Shown piece by piece: positions 11,138 through 24,297 of a DNA stretch of 64,000 bases. Made by a program: the position numbers and the translations under genes. The notes under the pieces are model-generated. The model was not told the origin of the DNA and made no database searches. It saw nothing but the letters and a program-made list of their open reading frames with translations. The first letter of the stretch is position 1, and each line of letters starts with the position of its first letter. The DNA lies in contig CAUVLQ010000007.1 in NCBI GenBank assembly GCA_963552955.1, forward strand, positions 1,200 through 65,199, read 5' to 3'. The stretch comes from an uncultured bacterium. Lineage in GTDB: Bacteria; Patescibacteriota; Gracilibacteria; Absconditabacterales; Absconditicoccaceae.

Positions 11138-12691
11138 TTATTGAGTACAGAGTGACATGTTTTTAAGTTCTCTATAGATTTCAAATTTTTTGATCATCTG
11201 GTTGTAAGGAGAGAGTCTATCAAATTCTTCAATTTGAGATGTGAGAGAGTCTTTAAGTTCTAGAAGATTTGAAAGAAGTGCAACCTTACCGTCTGAAGTA
11301 TCAGTACTTGCTCCGATGATTTTCATCTTTTCATTTACCTTATCTAGAGCACCTTGTACTGTTAGGTCCGTAGAACTTCCGCTACCAAAGCATGCTTCCT
11401 TGAGTAGTGTTGAGATTTCAGTAGATTCTTCAGTAGAGATTCCTCTTCCATAGATGTTAAAGCTTACATTTCCTAGGTATTCACCATCATCAGCGAGTGA
11501 GAATCCTTGCGCCTTTGCTTTATCAAAGGTAAAAGACTGAATGGCGATCAATGGTGGTATTGAAGCATAAAAATCTTTGAGCAATGTTGCTTTATCTGCT
11601 GTTGATTCCACTCAAATCGAGTAGGCTAGTCCTGGAATAGTTCTATATTTGTCTCTAAATCTAAAGTAACATGTAGCTGAAGATTCTTTTTCTCCACAGA
11701 CGATACTTTGTTTGATGACCTTGTCTACGAGTGCGTTATCTATCAGGAGATTTACTTCATCAGATTTACTTTCTAGAAAGTTATAAAGATAATGTGCAAT
11801 AATCTGATTTTTGAATGTTTTTTCATCCATAGTATCGCTTTTTTTTGCACCATAGGTTTGAATCAGATTTTTGATTTCTTCTGCTTTTTCTTCTCTAATA
11901 GTGTCAAAGAGATGGTAGGTGAAATCATTTAAAAGTCAGATATTGTTGATGTTTGATGTGAGTGAGAGTTTGTCTACCAGTAGGAGAAAGGCTCTTTTTG
12001 AGTTTGATTTGAATGAGATGGAGATTGGTATGCTAAAAAATCAGTTTTCTCCTTCTTTGATCTCTCAGATTTGCATATTTACGACTTCATTGGTTCCGAT
12101 ATCCTTACCACTTTCTCTGATGATACTACTCCATTGAGAAAGGAGAGAGATGTCTTGGTATGGATTTTTTTGGAGATATTTTTTACCAAGAATACTTAGA
12201 TCAATTTGTTGAGTATATGGATCCTTCCAAATATTGAGTGATGGAAGGAGAAAATTTCTCAAAAAGTCTGAATATACACTTTTTTTGAAGTTGAGCTCTG
12301 CTTCAACTCTCTCTTTTGTAGTTTTTGTAGTAGTGTAGAGCTCCAGCATCTCATTGAAGTTGGTTGGAAGCTCGTCTTTAAGATCAGCCATAAGCTCATC
12401 GTTTTTGAAGGTGTTGAGTTGATAGTTTTTGAGTTGTTCAAGTTGAGAGAGTCTTTGATTGAGCGCATGGTTTCTATAAAATGCTAATCCGATAAAGATT
12501 AGTGTAGTCAGCAAAAGTGCTCCGAAGATTCCAAGCATAATAAGATAACTTTCTTTCTTCACTCAAAAGGCGAGTATTTCTCAGTTTTTTCACTTTTTTT
12601 TACCGCTTAGATTGAGCCAGAGATTTTTTGCCCATTCGATTATAGCTTTCATGTCAAATGTTCATTTTGTGCTTCCAATATTGAATTCCAT
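11138..12691 (-). CDS. hypothetical membrane-anchored protein (517 aa)
   Basis: Track ORFs 12065-12562, 11612-11830 and 11138-11611 are one frame joined by TGA. First ATG is 12691, after an upstream TAA. One TM helix, LIMLGIFGALLLTTLIFIGLAF. Confidence 0.6.
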
Positions 12692-12729
12692 TGTAAATAT
12701 GTAGATATAAAGCTGATTTTTGTTTTAGA

Positions 12730-14388
12730 TTATTGATTTTCTAGAGTAGCATTGTCTCCTGATTCTGTTTCAGAATCTGTTAGGAATCCTCAAATTTCAT
12801 TTTTATTTGTTTCCTCAGAGTTTGCTTGTTCTGATAGAGGCGTATTATTTGTTGGTAATTGATTTTCTGTTTCTTGTGTAGGCATAAGATTTGACTGATA
12901 CTTATCTACGTAGTCAAAGATTTCTCTTTCAGTATTTTTTTGGATTGGAAGAGTGAATGTTTTGACTGAATTGTTTACCATATATTTTGAACCTCAGATT
13001 GTGATAGGTTTTGAAGTTACTCTGATATCCTTTGCATCAATTGCTTTTCCCACAATGAAGGTACTTTGCTTGAGGAGTTGGATGAGCTCTGAAACGATGA
13101 AGATATGCGGACTCTTGATGCCTTGTTTGAGGAGTACGTATTCATCTTCTTTCAAGGTGTTTACCTCAACAGTAAATGCGATACTATTACTCTTTCCATC
13201 AAAGCTATTGAAGGTGATTGAGAAGCTTGGTACATTGCTGTATTCTAGTTTTTTATCAATATGCTCCATGAGTTTCTTGAAAAAGCTAGTATTAAACGGC
13301 TTTTCTCCAGTTGATTTTTCTCTGAGTTGATAATACTTATCGAAGTCTCAGATAATGTTACATTGCACTGGTTCGTATGGATTATTATAACAATAGTTAA
13401 GATAATTCTGAATATCGTTTTCACCTCTTTCAATAAGTTCATTCAGGATTTTTTTGATTTCTGATTGTTGGTATCCGAAGTCACTTACCATTGATGAGAG
13501 GAAGGTATCCATTAGAGAGAAAACCTTGATTGCACTTGAGAATTTTACTACTTCAAGTGAGAGGAGACTTCTTTGGATTGATCCAACAGCATTATCTTGC
13601 TTGAGGATTCATACGAGTTCTTCTGGGAAAAATCAATCTTTATTGAGAGCATTAGTATCTTGCTGGATCTTTCACTTGAGGTCAAGAATGCTTGTTCCAA
13701 TCTTGTTTGCAACAGATTGAAGGATATCTCTTTTCTGGACGTAATTTAGAGAGAAGTCTTTGATGATTTTAGTGATTTTTTCTTTTGCTCATTCATCAAC
13801 ATTCAGATTTTCGTATTTTTGGAGATCAAAAAGTCCGAGTGTTTGTCAGTATTCATCATAGTTTTCGGATGTTTTTTCCGTGATGGGTGAAAGATGGGAA
13901 ATATCTGTTTGAGATTTTTCTCCTAAATACTTCCAAAATGCAAATGAAGCAAATCCTAAAATCCCTAATATAATTGATCCTACGAGCAAAAGCAAAAATT
14001 TTTGATTGTAAGACACAATTTTTGTCGGATGAACTCCATGGGCTCCAAGTCCTGCGATATTATCATTTAGGAGATCAAGAGTTGTGCTCACTCCAGCTGC
14101 AGCAATGTGCATATTGCTATCATCTTCAGGATCAGCTTTTTGTTCTACTAGTTTCTCCTCGCTTTTGAGTTCTGGAGCTTTGTCAGTAGCAAGTTGAGCT
14201 TGAAGAGATTGTTGAGGCTTAGACTGAGGAGCTGGCACTGTTGGAATAGCTTCTCAGTCTTGAGCTTGCTTTACTCCTGCATCAGTTGGAACTGGGATCT
14301 CTTGCGGTGAATTTTTTGCGGCTTTTTCAAGCTGTGATGCTAGAGATTCCTCTAAAAGTGGATTTGTGCTATCTTCTGCAATTGCCAT
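12730..14388 (-). CDS. hypothetical membrane-anchored protein (552 aa)
   Basis: I translated 13270-13848 codon by codon and found only TGA, no TAA/TAG, joining ORFs 13846-14238, 12994-13269 and 12790-12981. Acidic/Pro-rich N-terminus, then TM helix FLLLLVGSIILGILGFASFAFW. Confidence 0.6.
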
Positions 14389-14600
14389 AAATGATGAGCA
14401 TTAAGGTATAAAAATGTTCTCTTAAGTATAGTTGATTTTTTTTAAAAGTCAAAAAAGTCAGATTTTTTTTGTTTTAGAAGTTTGCTTTTTTGCTTGAAAT
14501 TTTCAGTTGCATTTAGCTGTCAAAATTTTATACTTGAGTGCAAAAATGCGGAATTTTTTCGCTGAAATCAGAATTTTATGATCTTAAATATATATAAATA

Positions 14601-16106
14601 ATGCCACTACGAGGAGCAATCGTTTCGGCGGCTATTTCTTTAGCGATTGGAGGAGCTGCTGGTTTTTATGGATATAAAAAATCGCTTACAGAAAAACAGC
14701 TTCGTTACAAGAAGAAGATGGAAAGAGTAAAGGAAATTGAAGAGGAAATGCTTGATGAAGCAAAGAAGAAGGCTGAAGTTATCCTTGAACAGGCAGAGGT
14801 TAAAGCTCAGAAGATTGAGGATCAGAGGCTTGCTAAGATGGAAGAGATTCAAAACAGGCTCTTATTGAGAGAAGAAAAGATGGATCAAAAGCTTGAAAAG
14901 CTTGAAGAAGAAAAAATGAAAATTGTCGAGAAACAAAGAGAAGCTGATCAGTTGATTGACCAGCAAAAGATGAAACTCTCTGAAATTGCTGGAATTAAGC
15001 CGGAGGAAGCTAAACAGCAAATTATGGAAAGGATTGAGGCTGAGCATCAGGAAGAATTGATTAGGTATATTGAGAAGTTTAAGACAATTAAGGCTGAGGA
15101 AGCTAGAAAAGAAGCAGCAATTATTATTTCTCAGGCTTTGCCTAAGGTTGCTGCTGATACCGTGAGCGAATTTACCTCAAAGATGATTGACTTGCCAAGT
15201 GAGGAATTTAAGGGAAAGCTAATTGGAAGAGAGGGAAGAAATATTTCGCTCTTTGAAAAATTGACAGGAGTTGAATTATTAATTGATGATACGCCTCTTT
15301 CAGTCAGAATTTCATCTTTTGACTGTGAAAAGAGATTTGTTGCTGCAAAAACCCTTGAACTTTTGATCAAAGATGGAAGAATTAATCCTTTTTATATTGA
15401 AAAGGTCTTTAATCAGGTGACTGCTGACTTGCAGACTACTTTGATGGAAAAAGGAAAGGAGGCATTGACTGTTTTGAATATCCCCATGATGAAACCTGAA
15501 GTAGTAAGAGCTATTGGTCAGTTTTTTCTAAGGTATAGTTATGGACAAAATTTGTGGATTCATTCTCTAGAGGTGGCAAAAACTTCAGAGATGATTGCTA
15601 TTGATCTTGGATTGGATCCAGTTTTGGCAAAAAAAGCTGGTTTGCTTCATGATGTTGGAAAAGTACTGGCTGGAGCTGGGGAATCGCATACGAAAGTTTG
15701 AGCAGATATGTTGCGTAAATGGTGAATGGATCCTGTGATTGTTAATGCTGCAGAATCTCATCACTATGATGTAGAGATGACACATCCAATCTCATGGATT
15801 GTGGCCGCTGCAGATGCGATGTCGGCTTCTAGGCCTGGAGCTAGATTTGATACCAAGGAGTTCTTTATTGAAAAGATGGGAGAGCTTGAGAAGTTGATTC
15901 GTGAGGTTGAAGGTGTTGAGAAAGTGCATATTATGCAGGCGGGAAGAGAAATTATGGTCTTTGTAAACCCAAAGATGATCTCAGATTTGCAGGTTGAAGG
16001 ATTGCTCCAAACTGTTGGAAAGAAGATTGAGGAACAGCTTGACTATCCAGGAATTATTAGACTTACAGCGTTAAGAGAAACAAAACTCATACAATATCTA
16101 AGATAA
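14601..16106 (+). CDS. rny: ribonuclease Y
   Basis: N-terminal TM helix, Lys/Glu coiled coil, KH motif LIGREGRNI, HD domain LLHDVGKV ... ESHTKV-G-ADMLRKW-G-MDP ... AESHH (both G are TGA). Confidence 0.95.
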
Positions 16107-16131
16107 GTTGTTTATATCTTTTTTGATTTAC

Positions 16132-16899
16132 ATGTATCCATTTATTGAGGTATTTGGGACAAAGATGTATATGACAGGTGTGGGAATTGTTCTCTCCTGT
16201 ATTGTCTTTCTAGTGACAACCTATTATCTTTGTAAAAAATACAATCAGGATTTTATTAAGCTTTTCAACTGGTTGCCGTGGCTTATTATCCCAGCTTATG
16301 TTCTCGGGCTTTATGCGTCTGCGGTGCTAGATGGAGGCTCAATTATTCCTTCTTCACTAAAGTTTTTGAGTCCGTATGGCTATCGCTTTAGTATGATAGG
16401 AGTGCTTGTTGCAATTGTGTTTTCTATGGTTTTGTTTTTGAGAAACTTTAGAAGGAGTGAGACGAAAAAGGTCTGGGTTGATATTTTTTTCTTTGGATTT
16501 GTAAATGCTTTGACGGTTTTGGGAATTTTCCTTTTGCTCTGAGATAATTTTATAGGAAAGGAATATTCAGGTTTTTTGCATGTTACTGCATTGAGACCTG
16601 AGAGTGCGCTTGTAAAATTTGAAGGAGTGTATCCTATCGGTCTCTTCCTTTCAGTTTGAGCTGTAATTGTAAATGTAATTGTGAGTGTATGGAGATTTAT
16701 GACTAAGAAGGTTGGCCATTGAATTGTTTGATTTATTCTGCTTTTTGTGCTGTTTTTGGTCTTGTTATCATTTTGGAACTATCCTGCACATGGTGTAGTT
16801 GCCTTGGGAAGGTTTACACTTGATATTAACTATTTTGTGTTATTATTTTTGATTTTGTATTTTGGACTTATTCGAAGAAAACTGAGAAAACCGTATTAA
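16132..16899 (+). CDS. prolipoprotein diacylglyceryl transferase-like polytopic membrane protein
   Basis: Multiple TM helices. LLL-G-DNFIGKE resembles the Lgt RxGNFxNxE motif (G is TGA). Several further TGA=Gly inside TM segments. TAA 16897-16899. Confidence 0.5.
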
Positions 16900-16932
16900 C
16901 ATTTTATTTGGGTTTGATGTGAACTGTAGCTG

Positions 16933-18465
16933 ATGAAGTTCTATTTTGCCAAGACTGAGAGCTTATATAAAATATTCAAAACTCTTGAAAGAATCCCACC
17001 TCAAAAGGCTGCTGAGATCTTTATTGATCCCGAGCACTCTTTTTTTGAAAATCAGCGATGGGGAAAGGAAGCATTGAATATTATCAAGAATAGAAATCTG
17101 AATATTACTTTTTTGGCAGAGAAACCTTCGAGTAGAATTTATTTTCAGCAGATCGGAGCACAGGTTCAGTATAAGGAAGAAAGACTTATTCTGAAGGTGC
17201 TAAAAACAATTTCTCTTTTTTTGTTTGATATCAAAAAGTTTCACCTTCATACCTACAATAAGCAAAAGTATCTGTTTTATATGGTATTTTTCTTTGAGAT
17301 TTTAGCGGGGCTTGGTATTGTCTGGCTTTTATTTTTATTGATCTTACCAAGTGCGAGTATTACCTTAAAAGTATCTCAGCAGACTGAAAATATTATTTAT
17401 AACTTTCGTTATTATCCTGCGAGTGATCAACAGTATTTAGGGGCTATCAAGCAGCTGAGTATTCCTTATTATACAGGGAAGGTGGACTATGAGTATACGC
17501 TTTCTATTAGTACGGAAAATATCAAGCATATTATTAACCCTTCTGCTGGTAATGTAAAAATCTACAATAAAACGCCAAATGAGCTCAAACTTGTATCTAA
17601 TACCAGGTTTGTAACTGCTGATGGGTTAACATTTCTTACAAGAGAGCCTATTGTTATTCCTCCAGCAATTAATGGTAGTACCTCAGAACTTAAAGTGAAG
17701 CTTTATGCAGCTGAATATGATGAGTCTGAAAATATCATTTGAGTAAGAGGAAATATTCCAGCTAAGACACAGTTAACAATTAGAAATGTGAAGGATAGCT
17801 ATTATCTCAAGCAAATCTGGGCTGAGACGATGGAAAATTTTACTGGAGGTGCTATGAAATCACTTGGTATGGTCTCGGAAAAGGATCGTGAGCTTTTAGC
17901 AAAGAAGATAAAAGATGCTGTCTATAAAGATAAACTTAATATTGTAACGAGGCAGTTTTCTCAGAAAAATGCAATGGTGCTGCTCTTTGATCCGTTGATC
18001 AAAACAAAGTTTAATGCACTTTCAATAGATTGAAATATTTGAGATAAGACAACTTCTCTTAGAGGAATGGCTCAGGTTTCTTTTGATTTTTTGTATCTCA
18101 AATGGGATGATGTGGTCAGTGCGTTTAGCACCTATGTTAAGCAGAGGCAATCGGATAGTATTCAGCTTATTAGTCTCGATCCCAATACTTTTTGATTTGT
18201 TGGAGATCTTGGTCGAGTGATTCAAAATAAGGTTTTTATGCTGCCGACCAAAATTACTATTTTGCAAGGATATGATTTCTCCAGAGATACGAAGGGAATT
18301 CTTGGTCAGATTAAGACCAATATTGTTGGGAAGAGTATTGATGAGACAAGAAAAGAAATTCTGACATATCCAGAGATTTCTAGTGTGAAGATTGATCTTT
18401 GACTTTTGTGAGGTCAGACTTTGCCTGATATTCGCTCAAGAATCAAACTGAATGTTGAACTTTAA
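16933..18465 (+). CDS. hypothetical membrane protein (510 aa)
   Basis: ORFs 16933-17742, 17788-18033 and 18217-18402 share one frame joined by TGA. TM helix FYMVFFFEILAGLGIVWLLFLLIL. Followed by a canonical terminator. Confidence 0.6.
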
Positions 18466-18481
18466 AATAAATAAGAGAAAA

Positions 18482-18510
18482 ACTCCTGTAAAAAACAGGA
18501 GTTTTTTTAA
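18482..18510 (+). terminator. rho-independent terminator
   Basis: actcctgt / acaggagt stem followed by a T-run. A second hairpin (aggtagaac...gttctacct, about 18545-18572) serves the convergent gene. Confidence 0.8.
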
Positions 18511-18589
18511 AAAATGTGATATGCAAACTATGGGGATAGAAGAAAGGTAGAACGCTGATTTGTTCTACCTTATAATAATACATATAAAC

Positions 18590-19441
18590 TTAGTTTTCAT
18601 CTGTTAGGTTTTTGCAATTTTGTGCGAAGAAATTTGAATAGTTTTCATCACTAGGAATGGTTTCATCATAAGTATCATTTACGACATCATACTCTTTAAT
18701 CTCTCAGGTTTTTTTGTTTACTTGGAAACGATGATACTTTAGAACTCTATTTGGATATTCCTCGGCTAGGGCAACTCAATAGCCTTGATCATCAATCTGC
18801 TCCAGATCTAAATAGTATCCTAAGAGAGGCTCTCACTCGCTATTTGAAGTGTTGAGAGCTTTGTCGTATGCTGATTTTACTCCAGAGAACTGAGGAGACG
18901 CAAGGATTTGTTTTTCAATCTCTGCGAGGCAAAGCATTGTCTGATTTTCAGGTTTTTGATCTTTTTTGTCAGCTGTTGTTTGTGTTACTCATTTTTTTCC
19001 GCAAGTTAGGAGAAGGGTGTGCGGGATATCTTCAGGGAAATGAGCATCATCGTTGATTTGTTCAAGAGATGCTTGAATATGGCTCTCGCTCAAACAGATT
19101 ATCCCATCTTTTTCATATCCCATAAAGTTAACAGAGCCTCATCCTTGTGTGTTTTCTTCATTTTTTTCCCACTGCTGAAAGAAGCTTTCTACTGTGTCAT
19201 CAGGATTCTCTTGCAATCATGAAAGTGAGAGTCCTCGTCACTGGATAGTCAGTATTTTTTCTCCTTCTTGCCATTCAAATGAATGAGGTTTTATTTGTGG
19301 AGTTGTGAGTTGATTTTGTTTAGCGAAATCTTGGAGAATAGAAACTTCATACGGCTCTGTGTTTTCTACAGGTGTCTGTTTGCAAGCGATAAGCAGTGTA
19401 GACAGTCCTAAAATCATGATTCCTAATGTAAGTTTTTTCAT
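18590..19441 (-). CDS. lipoprotein
   Basis: MKKLTLGIMILGLSTLLIAC lipobox. Frame continues through 8 TGA to TAA 18590-18592 (852 nt). Confidence 0.65.
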
Positions 19442-19502
19442 ACTATTGTTTCTAAAAGATAAAACAATAATTCTGATTTTTCATTTTTTATTTTATATTG
19501 TT

Positions 19503-20678
19503 TTAGCCTCTTGGACAGCTATTGAAAATTCCAAAATCCATTAATCCAGGGACTTCCACATATTTTTCACAGGTATCGGCATCTACAGGGATTTCTCCTT
19601 GCCAATAGGTCTCTCGTCCATCATCAGTCTTTCCAAGGACGAGATATTCTGTATGTTCTTTACCTTTTTGCGTTAAGAAAATCTCTAGGAGATTTCCTTT
19701 TGTTTGAATTTCGCTATAGAAGGTAGTTTTTGTATCAAACTTCCCACGATAGTTGTTATAGTTAATCTTTTTGAAGAGATTTTCTGCTATTCCTTTTCTT
19801 CCTTCTACTAGAAAGTTATCTACTTTATCAGCGCAGCCCTCAAATATGGTAGCTCAGAAGCGAATCTTTGCTTTGTATTCATGTGTATTGCCGATTCCGT
19901 TATCAGTACAGGTTTCTTTGCTGATTTCTCCTTCGATTTCACCGAGATTGTATTTTTCTCCAGTGAAAATCAGATTTTCTCCTGATATTCCCCAAGACCA
20001 GATATAGGTACTATCAGTATCAAACTGATGAGTTTCATCGTTTAGAATCGTGTATGTCAGCGTACTCACTCTTAGTTCTGCATTCCAAAAAGGCTCCTCT
20101 CCGAATAGATCAAAACTAAATTCGAGTGGAGATGGATTTTTTTCATTAAATTCCGCACAGTGAATTTCAAAAGATTGAGTGTTTTCGGTGGAAATTTTCT
20201 CTAGTTCGTTGCTTGTTTCCTTTTTTTTATTAGAATCTTTTTCGTCTGAAGATGCAGTTTTTGTAGTTTCTTCTGGATTATAATTGACCTTTGAGTATAC
20301 AGAACAAATTAGGTTATCTTTTAAATACTCAACATAACCTTCTCCTATACCATCTCCTACGCTTTTTTCTACCCAGCCTTCAAATGCTTGATCGATTTTT
20401 TCTTGCATTCCGCTGTTTGATTTAATGTTGGTATTGCTAAGGAGGTAGCCAGAGAGTTCTCCATTGATTGATCCTCAACTGAAGGCTTGAGCAGTAATGT
20501 CTTTTGCTGTTTTTTCAAGTGTTGGTGCTAGAGTCTCTAGGAAGGCTTTTGCACTAATTAATCTCGTAGTCTCATTGTCTTCATTTGCTATTTTGGGACT
20601 TTTGATATTAGTGCATCCTGATAAGAATGCTACACATGGAATGAGTAGTATGAGACTTAGTTTTGATCGTTTTCACAT
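19503..20678 (-). CDS. lipoprotein
   Basis: M-G-KRSKLSLILLIPCVAFLSGC lipobox. In frame with ORF 19854-20408 on both sides via TGA. 1176 nt to TAA 19503-19505. Confidence 0.65.
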
Positions 20679-20942
20679 GAGTATGGGTATAAAAAAATAA
20701 AGAGTTATCTTCTATCGCATAATAGCCTTAAAGTAGTTAAAGTCAAGACTATATGAGATATTAAGTAGCAAGGAGAAAAATCAGATTTTTTATGTTTTTA
20801 AAGAGATAGCCTAGAGAGCTATCTGATTTTTTATCATCTATTCCCTTTTTGTTAATTTTTTTTAATCTAATTAGATATTTATAGATATTATACATATTAG
20901 AAATTATTTTTTACATGTGAGAAATACTATCTAAAATTTTAT

Positions 20943-22067
20943 TTATCTATTTATTATTTCTTTATTTGTTTTGAGCTTTATTTCGTTATAAATAGCTACA
21001 TCTTTGATTACAAGTTTCTGAATTGCTCATATAAATTTTTCCATAAGTTCATAGTCAGGTTTTCAATTTTTAATTGGAATACTAATATTTTGACTTTCAA
21101 TGATTTTTGTATTAAAGCTTGAATTTCACCAAGAAAAAGAAGAAAATATTTTTGTCATAGCCGTTATCAAGAACAGAGCATTGAATTTATTAAAACGATT
21201 GTTTTTAGGGCTCAAAATTTTTATTTTATCTCATGTAAAATATGACTCCTCTTGGTAAAACATTGTTGCTGTATCTTGTCAAAAAGAAATTGTATTTCAA
21301 TTATTCAAAAAATCTGTATTTTCATTAATAAGCCCACGGATTCAGTTATTTAAACTTGTTCTAACTATATAATTATGTCAATTTTCTCAAATGTTTACTT
21401 TATTTGCATCAAATTTCTTTTTTGAAGAATTTATGTTAAACAATCAATTTTCTCATCAAATTTGAAATTTTCACCACTCAATTTTTCAGTCTTTAAACTC
21501 TTTCAATAGTCCTAGTTCAGAACTGGTTAATTCATGATTTTCAAGTCAAGTCATCCTCAGATACGCTTCAAGCTCCGCTTGATGCGTAGCTTCAAGCTCC
21601 GCTATAAACCTATTAATAAATTCAAAATCGATATGTCAGTTTTTTATTGGCAATTTTATTATAGTATTATTCATCGTCTCACGATTAAATTTATTTCAGT
21701 AATCATACTGTTTATTTGATGTTGCTGTTCTACAAGCAGAAATAATGATTAATGCAAGCGCTTTATTGAAAGGAGTAATTTTAGGAACTAGATGTTGTAT
21801 GTGAGAATATCAAATAAAATCTTTTTCTTGGTAAAACATCGTATCACATCATATTGTGGTATCAGAACATGTTATTGAATTTCATCTGTTGTTTGGTTCT
21901 AAATTAGAGAATCCCATAACTCCGTTATTAATTGATCAATTAGAAATTAAAGGAGTTTTTCATCCTTCTGAAATTATTTCTTCATTTGATAATCTATAAT
22001 ATTTGGTTGGATTAATATCAAATAACTCTCAGAGCTTGAATTCGCCCCACTCAGTTTGCTCTAACAT
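20943..22067 (-). CDS. restriction-modification specificity (S) subunit with two target-recognition domains
   Basis: Absent from the ORF track (about 20 in-frame TGA). Two half-repeats each starting W-G-xFxL/I-G-ELF / GENGLF. Central helical spacer RFIAELEATHQAELEAYL. ATG 22067 overlaps the stop of the upstream methylase (ATGTTAG). Confidence 0.85.
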
Positions 22068-24127
22068 TTTTCTAAGTGGGGCTTCTCTTTTCCCAGGCAG
22101 TCATCCTCTCCTTTATTTTTTAAAAGATTAGAAACTTCCCAAGCAAGGTAATCTGCAACCGTCTTTTTGAAGTCTTTCAAAGTCGGTTTGGTATCTATTG
22201 GTGCGGTTTGATTCCAGTCAGCTCCATTATTGGGATCAATAGTTCCTTCATAATATTCTTGATCAGTAAAGATTTTTAGTTTAGACTTTCAAAATCTGAC
22301 TAAATTCACAAGTTCTTCATATCTTCATTTTGCATTGTCAGTATCTTTAAGGTTATTACTTGCTTTTTTACGAGCTGTTCTTGTATAACCATCATTTGAG
22401 AAATCAATAAATTTTACAATTTCATCTTTTTCATGCTTTTCATTGACCTTGAAAACATAAATATAAGTCTGAACACTTGATTTCCCTACAAAAAGATCAA
22501 GAGGCATCTTGATACTAGCAAGGAGTGTATGCTTTTTTAAGATTTTCTGATTATATTCTTTCGCTTTCCCATTTCATGCTGATCCTTGGATGATAATTGC
22601 AGCATACCCTTTGTTCATCATATTAAGTGCCTTTTCTACAAAGACCATTCAACATCCACTTGCAGAATAGGGCGGATTAAGTACGAAAGCATCTGCTGGA
22701 AACTCTTTATTTGTTTCTCAATATCAATATTTTCCATCAAAATCTAATAATGAATCTTTATTGAGAATATTTGAACTTCCATCTCCCATCAGAATCATAT
22801 TCAAAATAGCGAGCATATAGACACTAGGCAAGATTTCAATTCAAAGCAGTTGTTCAGCTTTTATTTTTAGTTCTTTTTGAAGTAATTTATCTGGAGAAGT
22901 TATAGTATTTTTTGCATCAATTAGCATTTCATTCATTGCAGATACCAGTAATCCGGCAGAACCGGTAGCAAAATCCCAGACATAAGAATCTTTATTTACC
23001 CTGGATAATTTTACTAGTAAATTTGCTACATATGAAGGCGTTAAAACAACATCATTAAGCTTATCTTGACTAAATCCAAGCCAACCATACATTTCATTAA
23101 AAAGTTTTCCTGTAAAATCAGTTGTTAAGCCGATTTTATAATAAATTCATAAATCATCTATAATTTTAGTAAAAACTCTTTTTAGCTGAGTCTCTCCATT
23201 ATGGACTCTATTTATATTGCTATTTTCAAGGGTGTTTTGTAAAGTTCTAATAATTAGGTTTTTCTTTTCCTCTGGTAAATCCTTTTCTTGCATAAATGCT
23301 TTAATTTTTCTGATAATAATTTCTCAGTCAGTATTTCATTTTTCATTAGAAGATTTTAAATCGGATTTTTCAAGTGGTGCAACCTTCCCATCAATTCAAA
23401 GAGTTGCAATAATTGATGATGCTACTAAATAAACACGATCATTTTCTCATAGTCATTTTTCATTTTGATAAATATCATTATTTAGCTTTACCAAGCTTGC
23501 ATCTATTTCTTTTTCTCTTTGTTCTTTGATCTGAGCAAGCTCTTCATCAGTTAAACTTAAACTTTTTACTTTTTCTATAAATTCATCAAAATGCTTTTTT
23601 GCTAAAAAAGAAAAATCTGAATACTCTCAAATTTTTTGTCCAATTCAGAGATTACTTTTGGAAACATAATATACACCAATTTTGTGATGAATATTTCAGA
23701 GTCCGTCTCTATGCCCAGTCATTCAGATAGCAATAATGTCTGAATAATTTGTGTAATGCAAAATTCCATTCGCATAATGTACTGCTCCATTTACCGCAAA
23801 AGAATTTATATTTTTAAAGTTCCATTCATTTTTTGCGTTTTTATTTTCTACTTGCCCATGAGTATCGAGTTTTATCAATTTGTCTTGATACCCCTTATAC
23901 TCTATCAAAATAGGCCAGTCTTTTTGATTTTTATCACGGAGAAGGAGTTTTACATCAGGACGATTTTTCCCATTTCCTCCATTTTTAGAAAAATAATCAG
24001 CAAGTGCTTTGTCTATATCAGTATTTAGGAACTCTTGCTCTAACTTATAATCTAAATGGTAAGATTTTAGCCAACTGTTCGCTAAATCAGCAATATTGGG
24101 TTCTATAGATTGAATTTTTTGAACCAT
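22061..24127 (-). CDS. fused PD-ExK endonuclease / N6-adenine DNA methyltransferase (BcgI-like type IIB/IIG RM subunit)
   Basis: I translated 22508-22843 and 23093-23725 codon by codon: no TAA/TAG, so ORFs 23723-24127, 22841-23092 and 22325-22507 form one 688 aa protein. N-terminus [11 protein letters not shown]...WPILIEYKG (PD...ExK). [12 protein letters not shown] (motif I). FVLNPPYS (motif IV). Confidence 0.8.
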
Positions 24128-24297
24128 TTTATGTTATATGACGAATAAAATTCGTATTATTGTAAAATACTTTTTTAGTTTCAAGTTTTTTTGTAATATT
24201 TAATTAATTTTATTCTCATTCTATGCTGTTGAGGTGTGTTCATAGAATCGGCTGGATTTTTTAATTTAGAACTGTGATTATGTTTGTTTTTTCTCTT

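Noticed and set aside
20943-24127. Classical type I restriction-modification system (HsdM plus HsdS)
   Set aside because: There is no adjacent HsdR, and the methylase carries an extra N-terminal PD...ExK-like domain. A BcgI-like type IIB/IIG architecture fits better, although this remains unverified.
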